64,000 bases of DNA from Macrostomum lignano (Eukaryota), in NCBI GenBank assembly GCA_002269645.1, contig NIVC01000692.1:410689-474688 (forward strand). The letters run 5' to 3'. This document shows, one piece after another, positions 13,066 to 29,680 of this stretch. The position numbers and the translations under genes are program-made. The notes under the pieces are model-generated. The model did not search any database. It saw nothing but the letters and a program-made list of their open reading frames with translations, and was not told the DNA's origin. Position 1 is the stretch's first letter. Each line of letters starts with the position of its first letter.

Positions 13066-16000
13066 TCACTTGCCAGGCCTGAGCACATTCTGTCGGAAGC
13101 TGCTCATCACGTTGCCGCTGGGATAGTAGTAGCAGACAACCACAACCTTGTGCGAACCGTCCGCAGCCTGGTGAATCGCCTTGCCGACGCCCAGCTCCTT
13201 GGAGTTCTTCCACACCAGCTGGGTGAAGTTGCCTGGCATTGGATTGGCGATTGTTTGTCTACTTGAAGTAGTCTAACTGGAGTAGACCATGCTATTAGTT
13301 GAGAATTCTTTACTTGAGATTTATAAAGACTGTCCATAGCCAAACTTCCACTCGCTTCCACACCGGTCACAGACACTTCTACACCGGTTACAGGCACGCT
13401 TTCACACCGGTCACAGATACGCTTCTACACCGGTCACAGATACGCTTCTACACCGGTCACAGACACGCTTCTACACCAGCCTGGTACATTCTCTATGCCA
13501 ATACTTACACACAGAAATCAAAGACAGTTTCCAAAATAATTATTTTAAAATCGAAGTCGATAAATCCGTACAATCACCTCGGAAAAAAACTTGTAATGGC
13601 TTCAAAGATATTCGCAAGTGTCTCTCGAAAGCTACACGTGCTGTGAGCCTTGGATATGCAATACAGTTAAATCTCTTGCTCATCTTGCTAGCGAAACTCA
13701 CTACGCTCGTACTAGCTCGTATTTAGATTGGCACTTACCAATTCCATTGATATCGGAGGGCTCCTCGTTATATCGAAATTTCTCCACCTCGTTGTACCAG
13801 TGGTCCACCACGTCGATGGCTGCAAAATGGCATATGATTCAACTATGATTTGATACGAGTAAATTAGATTAGAAGCCTTTTTGCTCTTAGATTTATTATT
13901 TTAAGCTCGTCCCAGCCCAAGCCTAGTCCCGCAGCAAAGCCATGCAGAGACAGTCCCAAGTTCCCAGTCCCGCAGCACAGCCAGAAACAGTCCCAGTCCC
14001 GCAGCACAGCTAGAGACTGTCTCAGTAACAGGTCCCAAAATAATGCCAGAGAGACAGTCCCGGTCTCCAGGCCCGCTCATAGGCCGCACCATTGTAGTCG
14101 GTCTCGCCGTTACTCCAGCGGCTGGCGATGTTCTCGCCCAGCCTTTCCGTCCCGTGGGTGGCGCTGCTGTTGTACAGCTTGGACTTGCCGCACAGCTCGG
14201 TGGCGAATGCCTGCGCCTTGGCTGACAGCTCCGCGTTCAGAGCCAGCCCGGGAACTCCGTGCTGCATCCGGTGATGGTTGTGCCGCTCCAGCACCTCGTG
14301 GCCGAATTGGGACATTTGGCTTTCCTAAACGATGGGTTGGTTCAGCCGTGTTGGATTTATTGTCTGTGTGCGATTAGTTGCATAGGGATTGTCCTAGGGC
14401 TGGGGTGGAATCTTGTCTGTGACCGCGGTGTGGAAGCGTGTCTGTGACCGGTGTGGAAGCGTGTCTGTGACCGCGGTGTGGAAGCGTGTCTATGACCGGT
14501 GTGGAAGCGTATCTGTGACCGGGGTGGAAACATGTCTGTGACCGGTGTGGAAGCGTGTCTGTGACTGGTGCGGAAGCGTGTTGGTGACCGGTGTGGAAGC
14601 GTGTCTGTGACTGGTGCGGAAGCGTGTCGGTGACCGGTGTGGAAGCGAGACTGTAACCGGGAAAAAACGTCTATGACCGGAGTGGAAGCTTGTCTGTGAC
14701 CGGTGTGGAAGCTTGTCTATGACCGGTGTGGAAGCGTGACTGTGACCGGGGAAAAAACGTCTATGACCGGAGTGGAAGCTTGTCTGTGACAGGTGTGGAA
14801 GCTGGTCGGTGACCGGTGTGGAAGCGTGTCTGTGACCGGTGTGAAAGCGCGTCTGACCGGTGTGGAAGCGTGTCTGTGACCGGTGTGGAAGCGTGTCTGA
14901 CCGGTGTGGAAGCGTGTCTGTGACCGGTGTGGAAGCGTGTCTGTGACCGGTGTGAAAGCGTGTCTGACCGGTGTGGAAGAGTTTCTGCGACCGGTGTGGA
15001 AGCGTATCTGTGACCGGGGTGGAAACATGTCTGTGACCGGTGTGGAAGCGTTCTGTAACCGGTGTGGAAGCGTGTCTGTGACCGGTGCGGAAGCGTGTCT
15101 GTGACTGGAGTGAAAGCGTGTCTGTGACGGGGGTGAAAGCGTGTCTGTGACCGGTGTGGAAGCGTGTCTGTGACCGGTGTGAAGCGTGTCTGTGACTGGA
15201 GTGAAAGCGGTTCTGTGACGGGGGTGAAAGCGTGTCTGTGACCGGTGTGGAAGCGTGTCTGTGACCGGTGTGGAAGCGTGTCTGCGACCGGGGTGGAAGC
15301 GTGTCTGTGACTGGGGTGAAAGCGTGTCGGTGACCGGTGTGGAAGCGTTCTGTAACCGGTGTGGAAGCGCGTCTGTGACCGGTGTGAAGCGTGTCTGTGA
15401 CTGGAGTGAAAGCGTGTCTGTGACGGGGGTGAAAGCGTGTCTGTGACCGGTGTGGAAGCGTGTCTGTGACCGGTGTGGAAGCGTGTCTGTGACCGGTGTG
15501 GAAGCGTGTCTGTGACCGGTGTGGAAGCGTGTCTGTGACTGGGGTGAAAGCGTGTCGGTGACCGGTGTGGAAGCGTGTCTGTGACTGGTGTGGAATTAAG
15601 CTGGTCTGGAAGTCTCTACTGCTTGAAGAACATTTGTTATTAATTTTCAATATTTTCAAAGATTTCTTTGCGAAACTGATTGATTTACGACTCCACAGCA
15701 GGTGGTTCTCCTGCTACCAGGGTCCGGCATATTGCTTGACCAGTCAATATCTGCTCTTGTCAAGTCCGATTTGACTCATGCATGAGGAATTCAATTTCGC
15801 AAGTTGAGGCAGTTGATAAGAAAAAAGGAAAATAAATGAAAAAACTTTCTGAGGAAATTAAAAAATTCTTTCGTGACTTCAGAGCAGAATGTTTTTGCGC
15901 GTCAAATTATTTTCGCAATATCCGGTGCCCAGCAGCTCCTCCGCCGACTCACCGTGGCGTCCAGAACTTTGCCTTGCGTTGCCTGCTGCTGCTTCTGCTG

Positions 16001-18290
16001 TTGCTGCTGTTTTTCCGGTGGCGGCTTCAGTTCCGGCTTCTCCTGCCGACGCTCAACGATTTTCTCTTTCTCCTGTTGGGTTTAGTTTAGTGCGGCTGAT
16101 AATTCAGGGTGGCTCGCTGATTTCATTTTCAGGGAAGCTATGCGTCTTAAGCAAAGAGTTCATAAACGAAGAAAATTTTGAGTAAGCTTAATTGACTGAT
16201 TGAGCCCTTCAGTTTAGTTTAGTTTAGTTTAGTTTAGTTTAGTTTAGTTTAGTTTAGTTTAGTTTAGTTTAGTTTACTTTAGTCTATTCTAGTCTAGTTT
16301 AGTCTAGTTTAGTTCAGTTTAGTTTGTTTTGTTTAGTTTAGTTCAGTTTAGTTCAGTTTAGTTTGTTTTGTTTAGTTTAGTTCAGTTTAGTTCAGTTTAG
16401 TTTAGTTTACTTTAGTCTATTCTAGTCTAGTTTAGTTCAGTTTAGTTTGTTTTGTTTAGTTTAGTTCAGTTTAGTTCAGTTTAGTTTGTTTTGTTTAGTT
16501 TAGTTCAGTTTAGTTCAGTTTAGTTTACTTTACTTTACTTTACTTTAGGCTTTTTTCCAAGAGTTTAGGTGGGCTAAGCTAGACAGGCAGACCTTAGGTA
16601 GGCAACTTAGGAAGGTTTTGTTCAGACAAGTGAAGCCTAAGACTCTCTTCTCCCCGCGCGCCCCTAGGAGCCCCGGTGTCTCACATTTCCCTGCTCGTCC
16701 TCGTAGCGAATCCGCTCCCGTTCAACCACAAAAAGTCGGCCATCCTCGCCGCGGACCTCCTCCCGTTCAATTTTGCTGCTGGTGACGCGGCAGCCGGCGG
16801 CGGCCAGCTGCTTGGTGACGGCCGAGCCCGCCGACTCCACCGGCCGAACGTTGGCGACGTAGCGGCCGCGCACGTTGCCAGGAGGTCGGTAGTGCGCCAC
16901 CACCACCACCCGGCTGCCGCTCTGGGCGCGCCCGACGCCAACCTCGCGAGTTCCCAGCCACACCAGCTGGGTGAAGTTGCCGGCCTTGCCGCTGCCGTCC
17001 GCGAAGTTGTACTTGTCGATGTCGCGGTACCACTGGCTGACCACCTCTTCGGCTGGGAATGGAGAGCGGGCCGGCTCTGGAGTAAGACTGGGCCGTTTCT
17101 AGAGTGAGACTGGCATGGCTCGGGGATGAGACTGGTCCGGCTCTGGGGTGAGACTGGACCGGCTCTAGGGTGAGACTAGACTGGCTCTGGAATGAGACTG
17201 GGCCGTTTCTAGGGTGAGACTGAGTCAGCTCTGGGGTGAGACTGTGGAAGCTCTAGGGTGAGACAAGATTAGTTGGCTCTCTAAGATGGGACAAGCTCTA
17301 GTTCAAGGTGAGATATAATAACTCTGGCTTCAAAGACAACAGAAGACCGACTGCGAAGTGAGGATACGACCATAACTAATCCAAGGCGAACCAAATAGAT
17401 TTTAATACGGCCAGATGAAATTCTGGGCCGAGACTGGGTCGGCTTCGCTATAGAAGAGGCCCTGTTGACGTTGAAGCCCATGATAAACCCGAATTATTCT
17501 GTGCAGTTTACAGCTAGAAATTTTCCAGCGCGCATTTTCCAGATTGGAACAGGACCGGCCGCCTGTGGCAAAACTTGCCAACGCGAGCTCGCGCAAATAC
17601 CGATCGATGTGCGAAGTTGTTGCACACCCGAAAGCCGAGGCACTGAATGGGGTTACAGCACAGTCGGTCCGGCGCTTCATTCATTTATGCTGGTTGGGCT
17701 TCTCGAATCAGACTAAGCCACCCTTTTGCCCAGACTGACTTGCTTGCCACTTGGATGGAGGGCGCAGAGCAGCTCTGCGGTAACACGCGTCTGGCTCTCG
17801 CGCCACGACCCCCGCATTCATTTGGGGGCTTGACCGGGAGGTTGTCGTGCGATTCGCAGCCATGAAGACTAACCAGCCAAGGCACAGAGAGTGTACATGA
17901 CTGAGGATTAGAAAGTCAGGGCCGCTGTGCACCCTGTGTGAGCGTGTGCTTGAGTGCGTGCCTGCGTGCAGTATTGACGCTTGTCAGGAGTCAGCGGAAT
18001 GGGCACAATTGCCTCAACGCTGGCTGTGGGACGATGTCGAGTGTCAGAGCCGTCTCACCTGAGATCTCGGCTGCCTGGCCCTCGGCGCTCCGCATGCTGA
18101 TGCACTCGCCACATTCGCCTCGCTTGGCCTCGGCGCTGTTCTCCAAGCTGCCCTTGGCCGCCAGGGCCTCCGCCCAGGCCTGCGCCGTCCGGTCAAGGTC
18201 ACTGGCAGCTCGGAGAGCCGCTGCACCGTGTAGGGCCCGGCGACTGTTCTGCTGCTGCATCAGCGACTGGCGGAACTCTGACAGACTCAT
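13066..18290 (-). CDS. Two-domain CAP/SCP/TAPS protein (GAPR-1/GLIPR2-like, flatworm group-2 VAL-like), about 400 aa; exons 18290-18059, 17052-16685, 16072-15953, 14324-14090, 13819-13739, 13232-13066; probable 5' UTR exon ending at 19434
   Basis: Domain 1: MSLSEFRQSL..QNSRRALHG..AQAWAEALA..CGE..WYRDIDKYNF..GNFTQLVWLGTREVGVG..YRPPGNV. Domain 2: LERHNHHRMQHGVP..AQAFA..LGENIA..WYNEVEKF..GNFTQLVWKNSKELGVG..YYPSGNV..QNVLRPGK*. All introns are GT-AG with matching phases. There is no signal peptide, and both domains share a phase-1 intron before the WY motif. Confidence 0.92.
13355..13485. repeat. Short array of the ACACCGGTCACAGACACGCTT[C/T]C family in the last CAP intron
   Basis: About 5-6 copies, in the same orientation as the 26.4-kb array and opposite to the 14.4-kb array. 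Confidence 0.88.
13905..14035. repeat. Short degenerate GTCCC/GCAGCACAG tandem repeat in a CAP intron
   Basis: Recurrent CAGTCCCAGTCCCGCAGCACAGC-like units. Confidence 0.6.
14415..15590. repeat. ~22-23-bp minisatellite (GTGTGGAAGCGTGTCTGTGACCG) in a CAP intron
   Basis: About 50 copies; reverse complement of the 13.4-kb and 26.4-kb arrays. Confidence 0.95.
16210..16545. repeat. (GTTTA)n pentanucleotide microsatellite with variants, intronic
   Basis: Directly visible AGTTT/AGTTC/ACTTT units. Confidence 0.95.
17065..17265. repeat. ~24-bp degenerate minisatellite (GGTGAGACTGGACCGGCTCTAG-like) beside a CAP acceptor
   Basis: About 8 copies with a GAGACTGG core. Confidence 0.8.
17765..18045 (+). 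mobile_element. tRNA-derived SINE copy with the B-box deleted, in a CAP intron
   Basis: The head GAGCAGCTCTGCGG..CTCTCGCGCCACGACCCCCG and the body GGGAGGTTGTCGTGCGATTCGCAGCCATGA..GGCACAGAGAGTGTACATG..GGAGTCAGCGGAATGGGCA match the copies at 20.9, 28.5 and 41.5 kb. Confidence 0.85.
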
Positions 18291-19090
18291 GACCTGCGGT
18301 GTGTCAGTGTGGGAGGGGACTGGCGGAACTCTGACAGACTCATGACCTGCGGTGTGTCAGTGTGGGAGGGGACTGGCGGAACTCTGACAGACTCATGGCC
18401 TGCGGTGTGTCAGTGTGAAGGGGACTGGCGGAACTCTGACAGACTCATGGCCTGCGGTGTGTCAGTATGGGAGGGGACTGGCGGAACTCTGACAGACTCA
18501 TGACCTGCGGTGTGTCAGTATGGGAGGGGACTGGCGGAACTCTGACAGACTCATTACCTGCGGTGTGTCAGTGTGAAGGGGACTGGCGGAACTCTGACAG
18601 ACTCATGACCTGCGGTGTGTCAGTGTGGGAGGGACTGGCGGAACTCTGACAGACTCATGACCTGCGGTGTGTCAGTGTGGGAGGGGACTGGCGGAACTCT
18701 GACAGACTCATGACCTGCGGTGTGTCAGTGTGGGAGGGGACTGGCGGAACTCTGACAGACTCATGACCTGCGGTGTGTCAGTGTGGGAGGGGACTGGCGG
18801 AACTCTGACAGACTCATGACCTGCGGTGTGTCAGTGTGGGAGGGGACTGGCGGAACTCTGACAGACTCATGACCTGCGGTGTGTCAGTGTGGGAGGGGAC
18901 TGGCGGAACTCTGACAGACTCATGACCTGCGGTGTGTCAGTGTGGGAGGGGACTGGCGGAACTCTGACAGGCTCATGACCTGCGGTGTGTCAGTGTGGGA
19001 GGGGACTGGCGGAACTCTGACAGACTCATGACCTGCGGTGTGTCAGTGTGGGAGGGGACTGGCGGAACTCTGACAGACTCATGGCCTGCT
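18262..19090 (-). repeat. 53-bp tandem array whose unit contains a branch-point-like motif, a 3' splice site and the first 29 nt of the CAP coding exon (about 16 copies)
   Basis: Sense-strand unit is CCCTCCCACACTGACACACCGCAG|GTCATGAGTCTGTCAGAGTTCCGCCAGTC; the last unit continues into the CAP ORF. Confidence 0.95.
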
Positions 19091-19629
19091 GAGCGGTGGG
19101 ACCCATGTGTGACTAGTGACATTTTTACCTATCAGATTAGAATGGCACACTGGAAAAACTACCTACGAGTATTAGTAATTCATTGCTCTGCCTCTTAATC
19201 CCCAACGATCGGGCGAACGCTTATCCAGCTTTGTATCTGCACTCGAGTGAAATTAATTAAACCCGAGCAGAGATTGGTGGCCTGAATTGTTGACACAGGT
19301 GACAGCGCATGCGCGACTATGTAAAGTTAGACGATAATTTGGACGATAAATCAAAGCTTTTCACGTCGTTTCTCTACCATGTCTCTACCTTTGCTTGGTC
19401 TCTTTGTCGTTCCTTTACTATCGATTTACTTACTAGTCACAGGGGGTAACAGGGGGACTGCTTCGTAAGTCTGCTCACGTGGTTTGTGCGCGCAATTAAC
19501 GCGGAAGATGATTTCATGGATAGCCGGTTTTCGTTGCAAGATGCAGTAGCGAGATGGGAGAGGACTTCAGTTTTGTAGCACTAAATTGGCAATATCTCGC
19601 CTTCCGAGCCTTGGGATCGCAGATGAAGC

Positions 19630-19760
19630 AAGTGTGCGACTGCGGGCCAGCGTACAGTATTGGCACGCTTGCATGCGCTTAGGAGTCAGCGGACTGGGCA
19701 GAATTGCCTCACCGCGTGGTTGTGGGGGCGATGTTGCCGAAGCATTGCGCCAGGCTGCCT
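19630..19760 (+). mobile_element. Partial (3') copy of the tRNA-derived SINE
   Basis: GTATTGGCACGCTTGCATGCGCTTAGGAGTCAGCGGACTGGGCAGAATTGCCTCA matches the other copies. Confidence 0.75.
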
Positions 19761-20310
19761 GAGTAAAGTTTGAAAACTCAAACTCATCCATTTTGTTCAA
19801 CTTGTGAATTAATTTAGTCCGAAACATTCCTCATTTTTGCAGCTAGGTAGATGAGATATTGTCAATTTGGTGCTAAATAGCGGCGCTATTTCTATTTCGA
19901 AAATGCATTTTGCCGCTAGTTGGGGGTGGCTTTGATGTACAGATTTTGCAAGGGAGATTTTGAATCAGAACATCAAGATAATTTCTGAACTGAACAAAAG
20001 CGATGAGGGTGGAGCTCAAACTGTTTACTCATCACTTACCTATAGTGCTGTATGCCGCTCGGTGCTGCTTGGTATAGCTGACAGTTGAGGACCGGGTGTC
20101 TAACTCTCCGCCGATGCCAACAACTTGTTAATGGAAATTCGAGTCTCTGCGGAATCGGACCGCCTGCGCTGGCTTTATTTAGGACGGCCCGCCCTCCTCC
20201 TCATTTCTCTTTCTGCCCCCCCCTCTGCCCCCTCTCTGTCCTCACCGCAACTGACAGTCAACCCCAAGCAAGCCTATTTGGGCGGGTTTGCCCATCCATC
20301 TGCGCGCATC

Positions 20311-20318
20311 TATAAATA
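20311..20318 (+). promoter_or_regulatory. TATA-box-like element (TATAAATA) with a downstream TGAGTCA site
   Basis: Consensus TATA in a GC-rich context, an AP-1-type TGAGTCA at 20359, ATG at 20401 and a donor-like GAG|GTAAAA at 20417. No downstream product was recognised. Confidence 0.25.
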
Positions 20319-20939
20319 GCCTGTGCTGCTAGGGGGTGCGTGCGGCAGCAGCAGCGCGTGAGTCAGCGTTTGACCCCCCCCCTTAGCCTGAGTACTCAAC
20401 ATGGGCTGGCACCGAGGTAAAAAGGTACGAGTGAAACAGGTCTGGGTGGCGGAGAGAAGAGCTGGCCTGAGCAACAGAACGGCTGGACGCAAGAGACAAG
20501 AACAGCCACCCCATGGGTTTGTCAGTTCAAAGAAGGGCGGACGGGAAAGAGAAGGTATGGTGAAGAAAAACATGCAGAGCTGTCCGTCGCTGCGAGCGTC
20601 GAAAATTTGTGCGCTCTATTGGAATTCCACGCCTGAATTGCCGCATACATGAATAGAATGCGTAAACAACCGCTAAGTAATTTAAATTCCTTTGAGACTA
20701 CTGAATTAAGTACTACCGATTGCGGGTAGGCCTGTTCATGCATAAAAACAGTTTGGGAAAATTTATAAAAACATTAATGCAGTTTTTGGCTATCAATTCA
20801 AGTACCGATGATCTGCCTACATAGAAACAAATGTCCGGATATGCACCCCATGTCTCAGCGTCGGTCTTAAATAATAGTTTTGACAGGAGGGTTGTGATCA
20901 CCTTGATGCAACGTCTCTGGCAAAAACTTAACACAACCA

Positions 20940-21192
20940 GCGGTCGATTCCACCCATTTCACTGACTCCTGAGCACACGGATATACAGGGTGTACAGCGG
21001 TCCTGACTTTCTAATCGTCATGCATGTGCACTCTCTGTGCCTTAAGGCTGGCCCTCATGGCTGTGAATCGCATGACAACCTCCCAGCCAATTTTCGTGCA
21101 CACGAGCCCCAAATGAATGCGACCGCGCACGGAATCGAACCGGGGGTCGCCGCGCGAGAGTCGGACGCGTTCCTGCTCCGCTGAGCTGCTCC
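20940..21192 (-). mobile_element. tRNA-derived SINE copy with intact A and B boxes
   Basis: Minus strand: GGAGCAGCTCAGCGGAGCAGGAACGCGTCCGACTCTCGCGCGGCGACCCCCGGTTCGATTCCGTGCGCGG, with A-box AGCTCAGCGG and B-box GGTTCGATTCC, followed by the shared body. Confidence 0.88.
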
Positions 21193-21569
21193 GTCCACAT
21201 CTTAGTGTCTCTGAGTCTGTCTGTCAATTGCCGGAAAATGTTCGGAATGGACAACAAAGCGAACGGAACTTTTTATTCGTTTCAAGTAAGTTTTTTGTTA
21301 ACAGAGAATACATCAGCGCATGAGGGAGTGCGCTGATTGTTCTTCAAGAAATAATCACCTGACTAATATACGGAAGCAATTAATCACAGCAAGCCTCCTA
21401 ACACCTAACAACAGCTACTAAAAGATCAACAGTTCCTCGTCTTCTGCTCGTTTTCTTCACCAGCGCCAGTCAAGATCGCTCAAAAATAAAAGAAAAACAC
21501 AATATAATGGGAAACTGAAACGACAGCTACAAGAAATCACTAAAGCATCATTCAAGTTTTATCGGGTAC

Positions 21570-27884
<6,315 letters not shown>

Positions 27885-28019
27885 GGCCTAGCTGCTGCGG
27901 CGCTTTGCTTCCTAAGGGGAGAAACATTTCTTGCTGGGATGAACATTTTTTAATTCCGCAGTGATGCCTGGAAAACTGGCCGGCCAATCAGCTGCTCGGC
28001 TTGGCTGCGATTGGCGACA

Positions 28020-28278
28020 TCCGGCTAGGACACTGAGACACCCAGCTGGGACACTGAGACACCCAGCTGGGACACTGAGACACCCGGCTGGGACACTGCG
28101 ACACCCGAATGGGACACTTAGACACCCAGCTGGGACTCTGAGACACCCGGCTGGGACACTGAGACACCCGACTGGGACACTTAGACACCCGACTGGGACA
28201 CTGAGACACCCGACTGGGACACTGAGACACCCAGCTGGGACACTTAGACGCCCGAATGGGACACTGAGACACCCGACT
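28020..28278. repeat. 21-bp minisatellite (GGACACTGAGACACCCAGCTG) upstream of the GPCR start
   Basis: About 12 copies. Confidence 0.92.
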
Positions 28279-28544
28279 ATCTATACTATCACCAGCAGCA
28301 CAACTGGATTCCAGTATTAAACCAAGATTTAGCGCCTTTGCATGCCAGAGTTTTGGATCTAATTTTAGAGTGTCTGTGAGTTTTTGACTGGTACTTTGAT
28401 TGAGCGGAAGGATACAGTTTTAAGGCATATAATTTGGCATTCAGGCGACTAGCGGCTTGCGAGAGAATATTATCAGGCAGAGATTTGCGAGTATAAACGC
28501 ACGAGCCTTGCGATACGTCAATATACAGTAAATTCGCTCGTTTA

Positions 28545-29047
28545 AATATTTGCAGAAGCGCTGCGGGCACCACCCTGGCGCAACGCCTTCGGCGACATTG
28601 TCCCACAAACCAGCCCTTGAGGCAATTCTGCACATTCCGCTGACTCCTGAGCGCATGCAAGCGCGCCAATACCGTGCAGGCACTCACACACACGCTCACA
28701 CAGAGTGTACAGCAGCCCTGACTGTCTAATCCTCAGGCATGTACACTCTCTGTGCGTTGGGGGTTGGCCCTCATGGGCGCGAATCGCGCGACAACCCCCC
28801 TGGCCAATTAGCGTGCACAAGCAACAAGTTACGAGGGGCGTCCGGAAAGTAGTGTTACTTTTGCTTGGTGTGGACGTATGGACAGTCACACTTGCATGTG
28901 CTTGGTGTCATTTAAAAGCGGCAAGTCTCTTCTTTAAAATGACACCAATTGCAAGAGATTTGGATCTCTCGTAATATGGTGGTGCAACGGAATCGAACCA
29001 AGGGGTCGTGGCGCGAGAGTCGGACGCGTTCACCGCTGAGCTGCTCC
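28545..29047 (-). mobile_element. tRNA-derived SINE copy split by about 185 bp of unrelated sequence (28801-28985)
   Basis: The head with B-box is at 28989-29047 (plus strand GGAATCGAACC..CCGCTGAGCTGCTCC) and the body is at 28545-28800. Confidence 0.82.
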
Positions 29048-29680
29048 TAATATATCAATGCTAAGCCAGAAAAGCATTTGTTAGGTTCAGTTTGACGGCT
29101 GCCATGCAGCCAAGACAGACACTTTGAGTCACAGGCGTCGATGCTAAAGGGGGAACCAAGGTGAGGCCGAAATCCAGACTTGCATTGCTGTTTTAGACAT
29201 TTTGTCTTAGTAACTGCCAAGCAGCTTTAGGCGTCTTCGGTACACCGGGGCTCAGTTGCTAATTCTGAGCAAATGTTTCTGCAGCCACGAACCCCCCCCC
29301 CAGCAACCCCTCCCTTCTGTTTTCATTCAGGCCCGACCCTCTGCCCTCAAGCTCGGAGATTTTCTATTGTGCAAACAGTGGCCCCTTAGGGCAAGTCTCC
29401 TCCAGCTTGCAGTCACTCGGAGAGAAGAATTTCTATAGGGGCACAGAGGCCCAGTTCCATTGTGTGCGTGCCCAGACAATTTTGCCATCTATAGGCGGCC
29501 CGGCCCGCAGCGCCCGAGCCCGGCAGTTTATAATCGGAGACCCCGCGGCTCCTCTGCTACCCGCCTTTCGCCCCCTCAGCAGCTTAGAAATTCTCCGTAG
29601 CCGGCTTGGAGCAGAGCGGCGCACCCAGTTTCTCGCTTCTGTCACTTTTGACTCCCACCGCCTCCCGACCGCTCAGCATC

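Noticed and set aside
15690-15750. Extra CAP linker exon (DIDWSSNM...)
   Set aside because: It is not needed: exon 16072-15953 ends in phase 0 and splices directly in frame to 14324.
16210-16545. Interstitial telomeric repeat
   Set aside because: The unit is TTAGT/GTTTA, not TTAGGG or TTAGG.
19567-19827. ORF containing FSNFTQAAWRNAS, resembling the CAP GNFTQLVWKNS motif
   Set aside because: The segment runs into the SINE body that recurs at 23.8 and 28.5 kb and has no other CAP motifs, so the resemblance is coincidental.
21120-21192. Possible tRNA gene
   Set aside because: A and B boxes are present, but no convincing acceptor stem was found and the sequence continues into a repeated SINE body.
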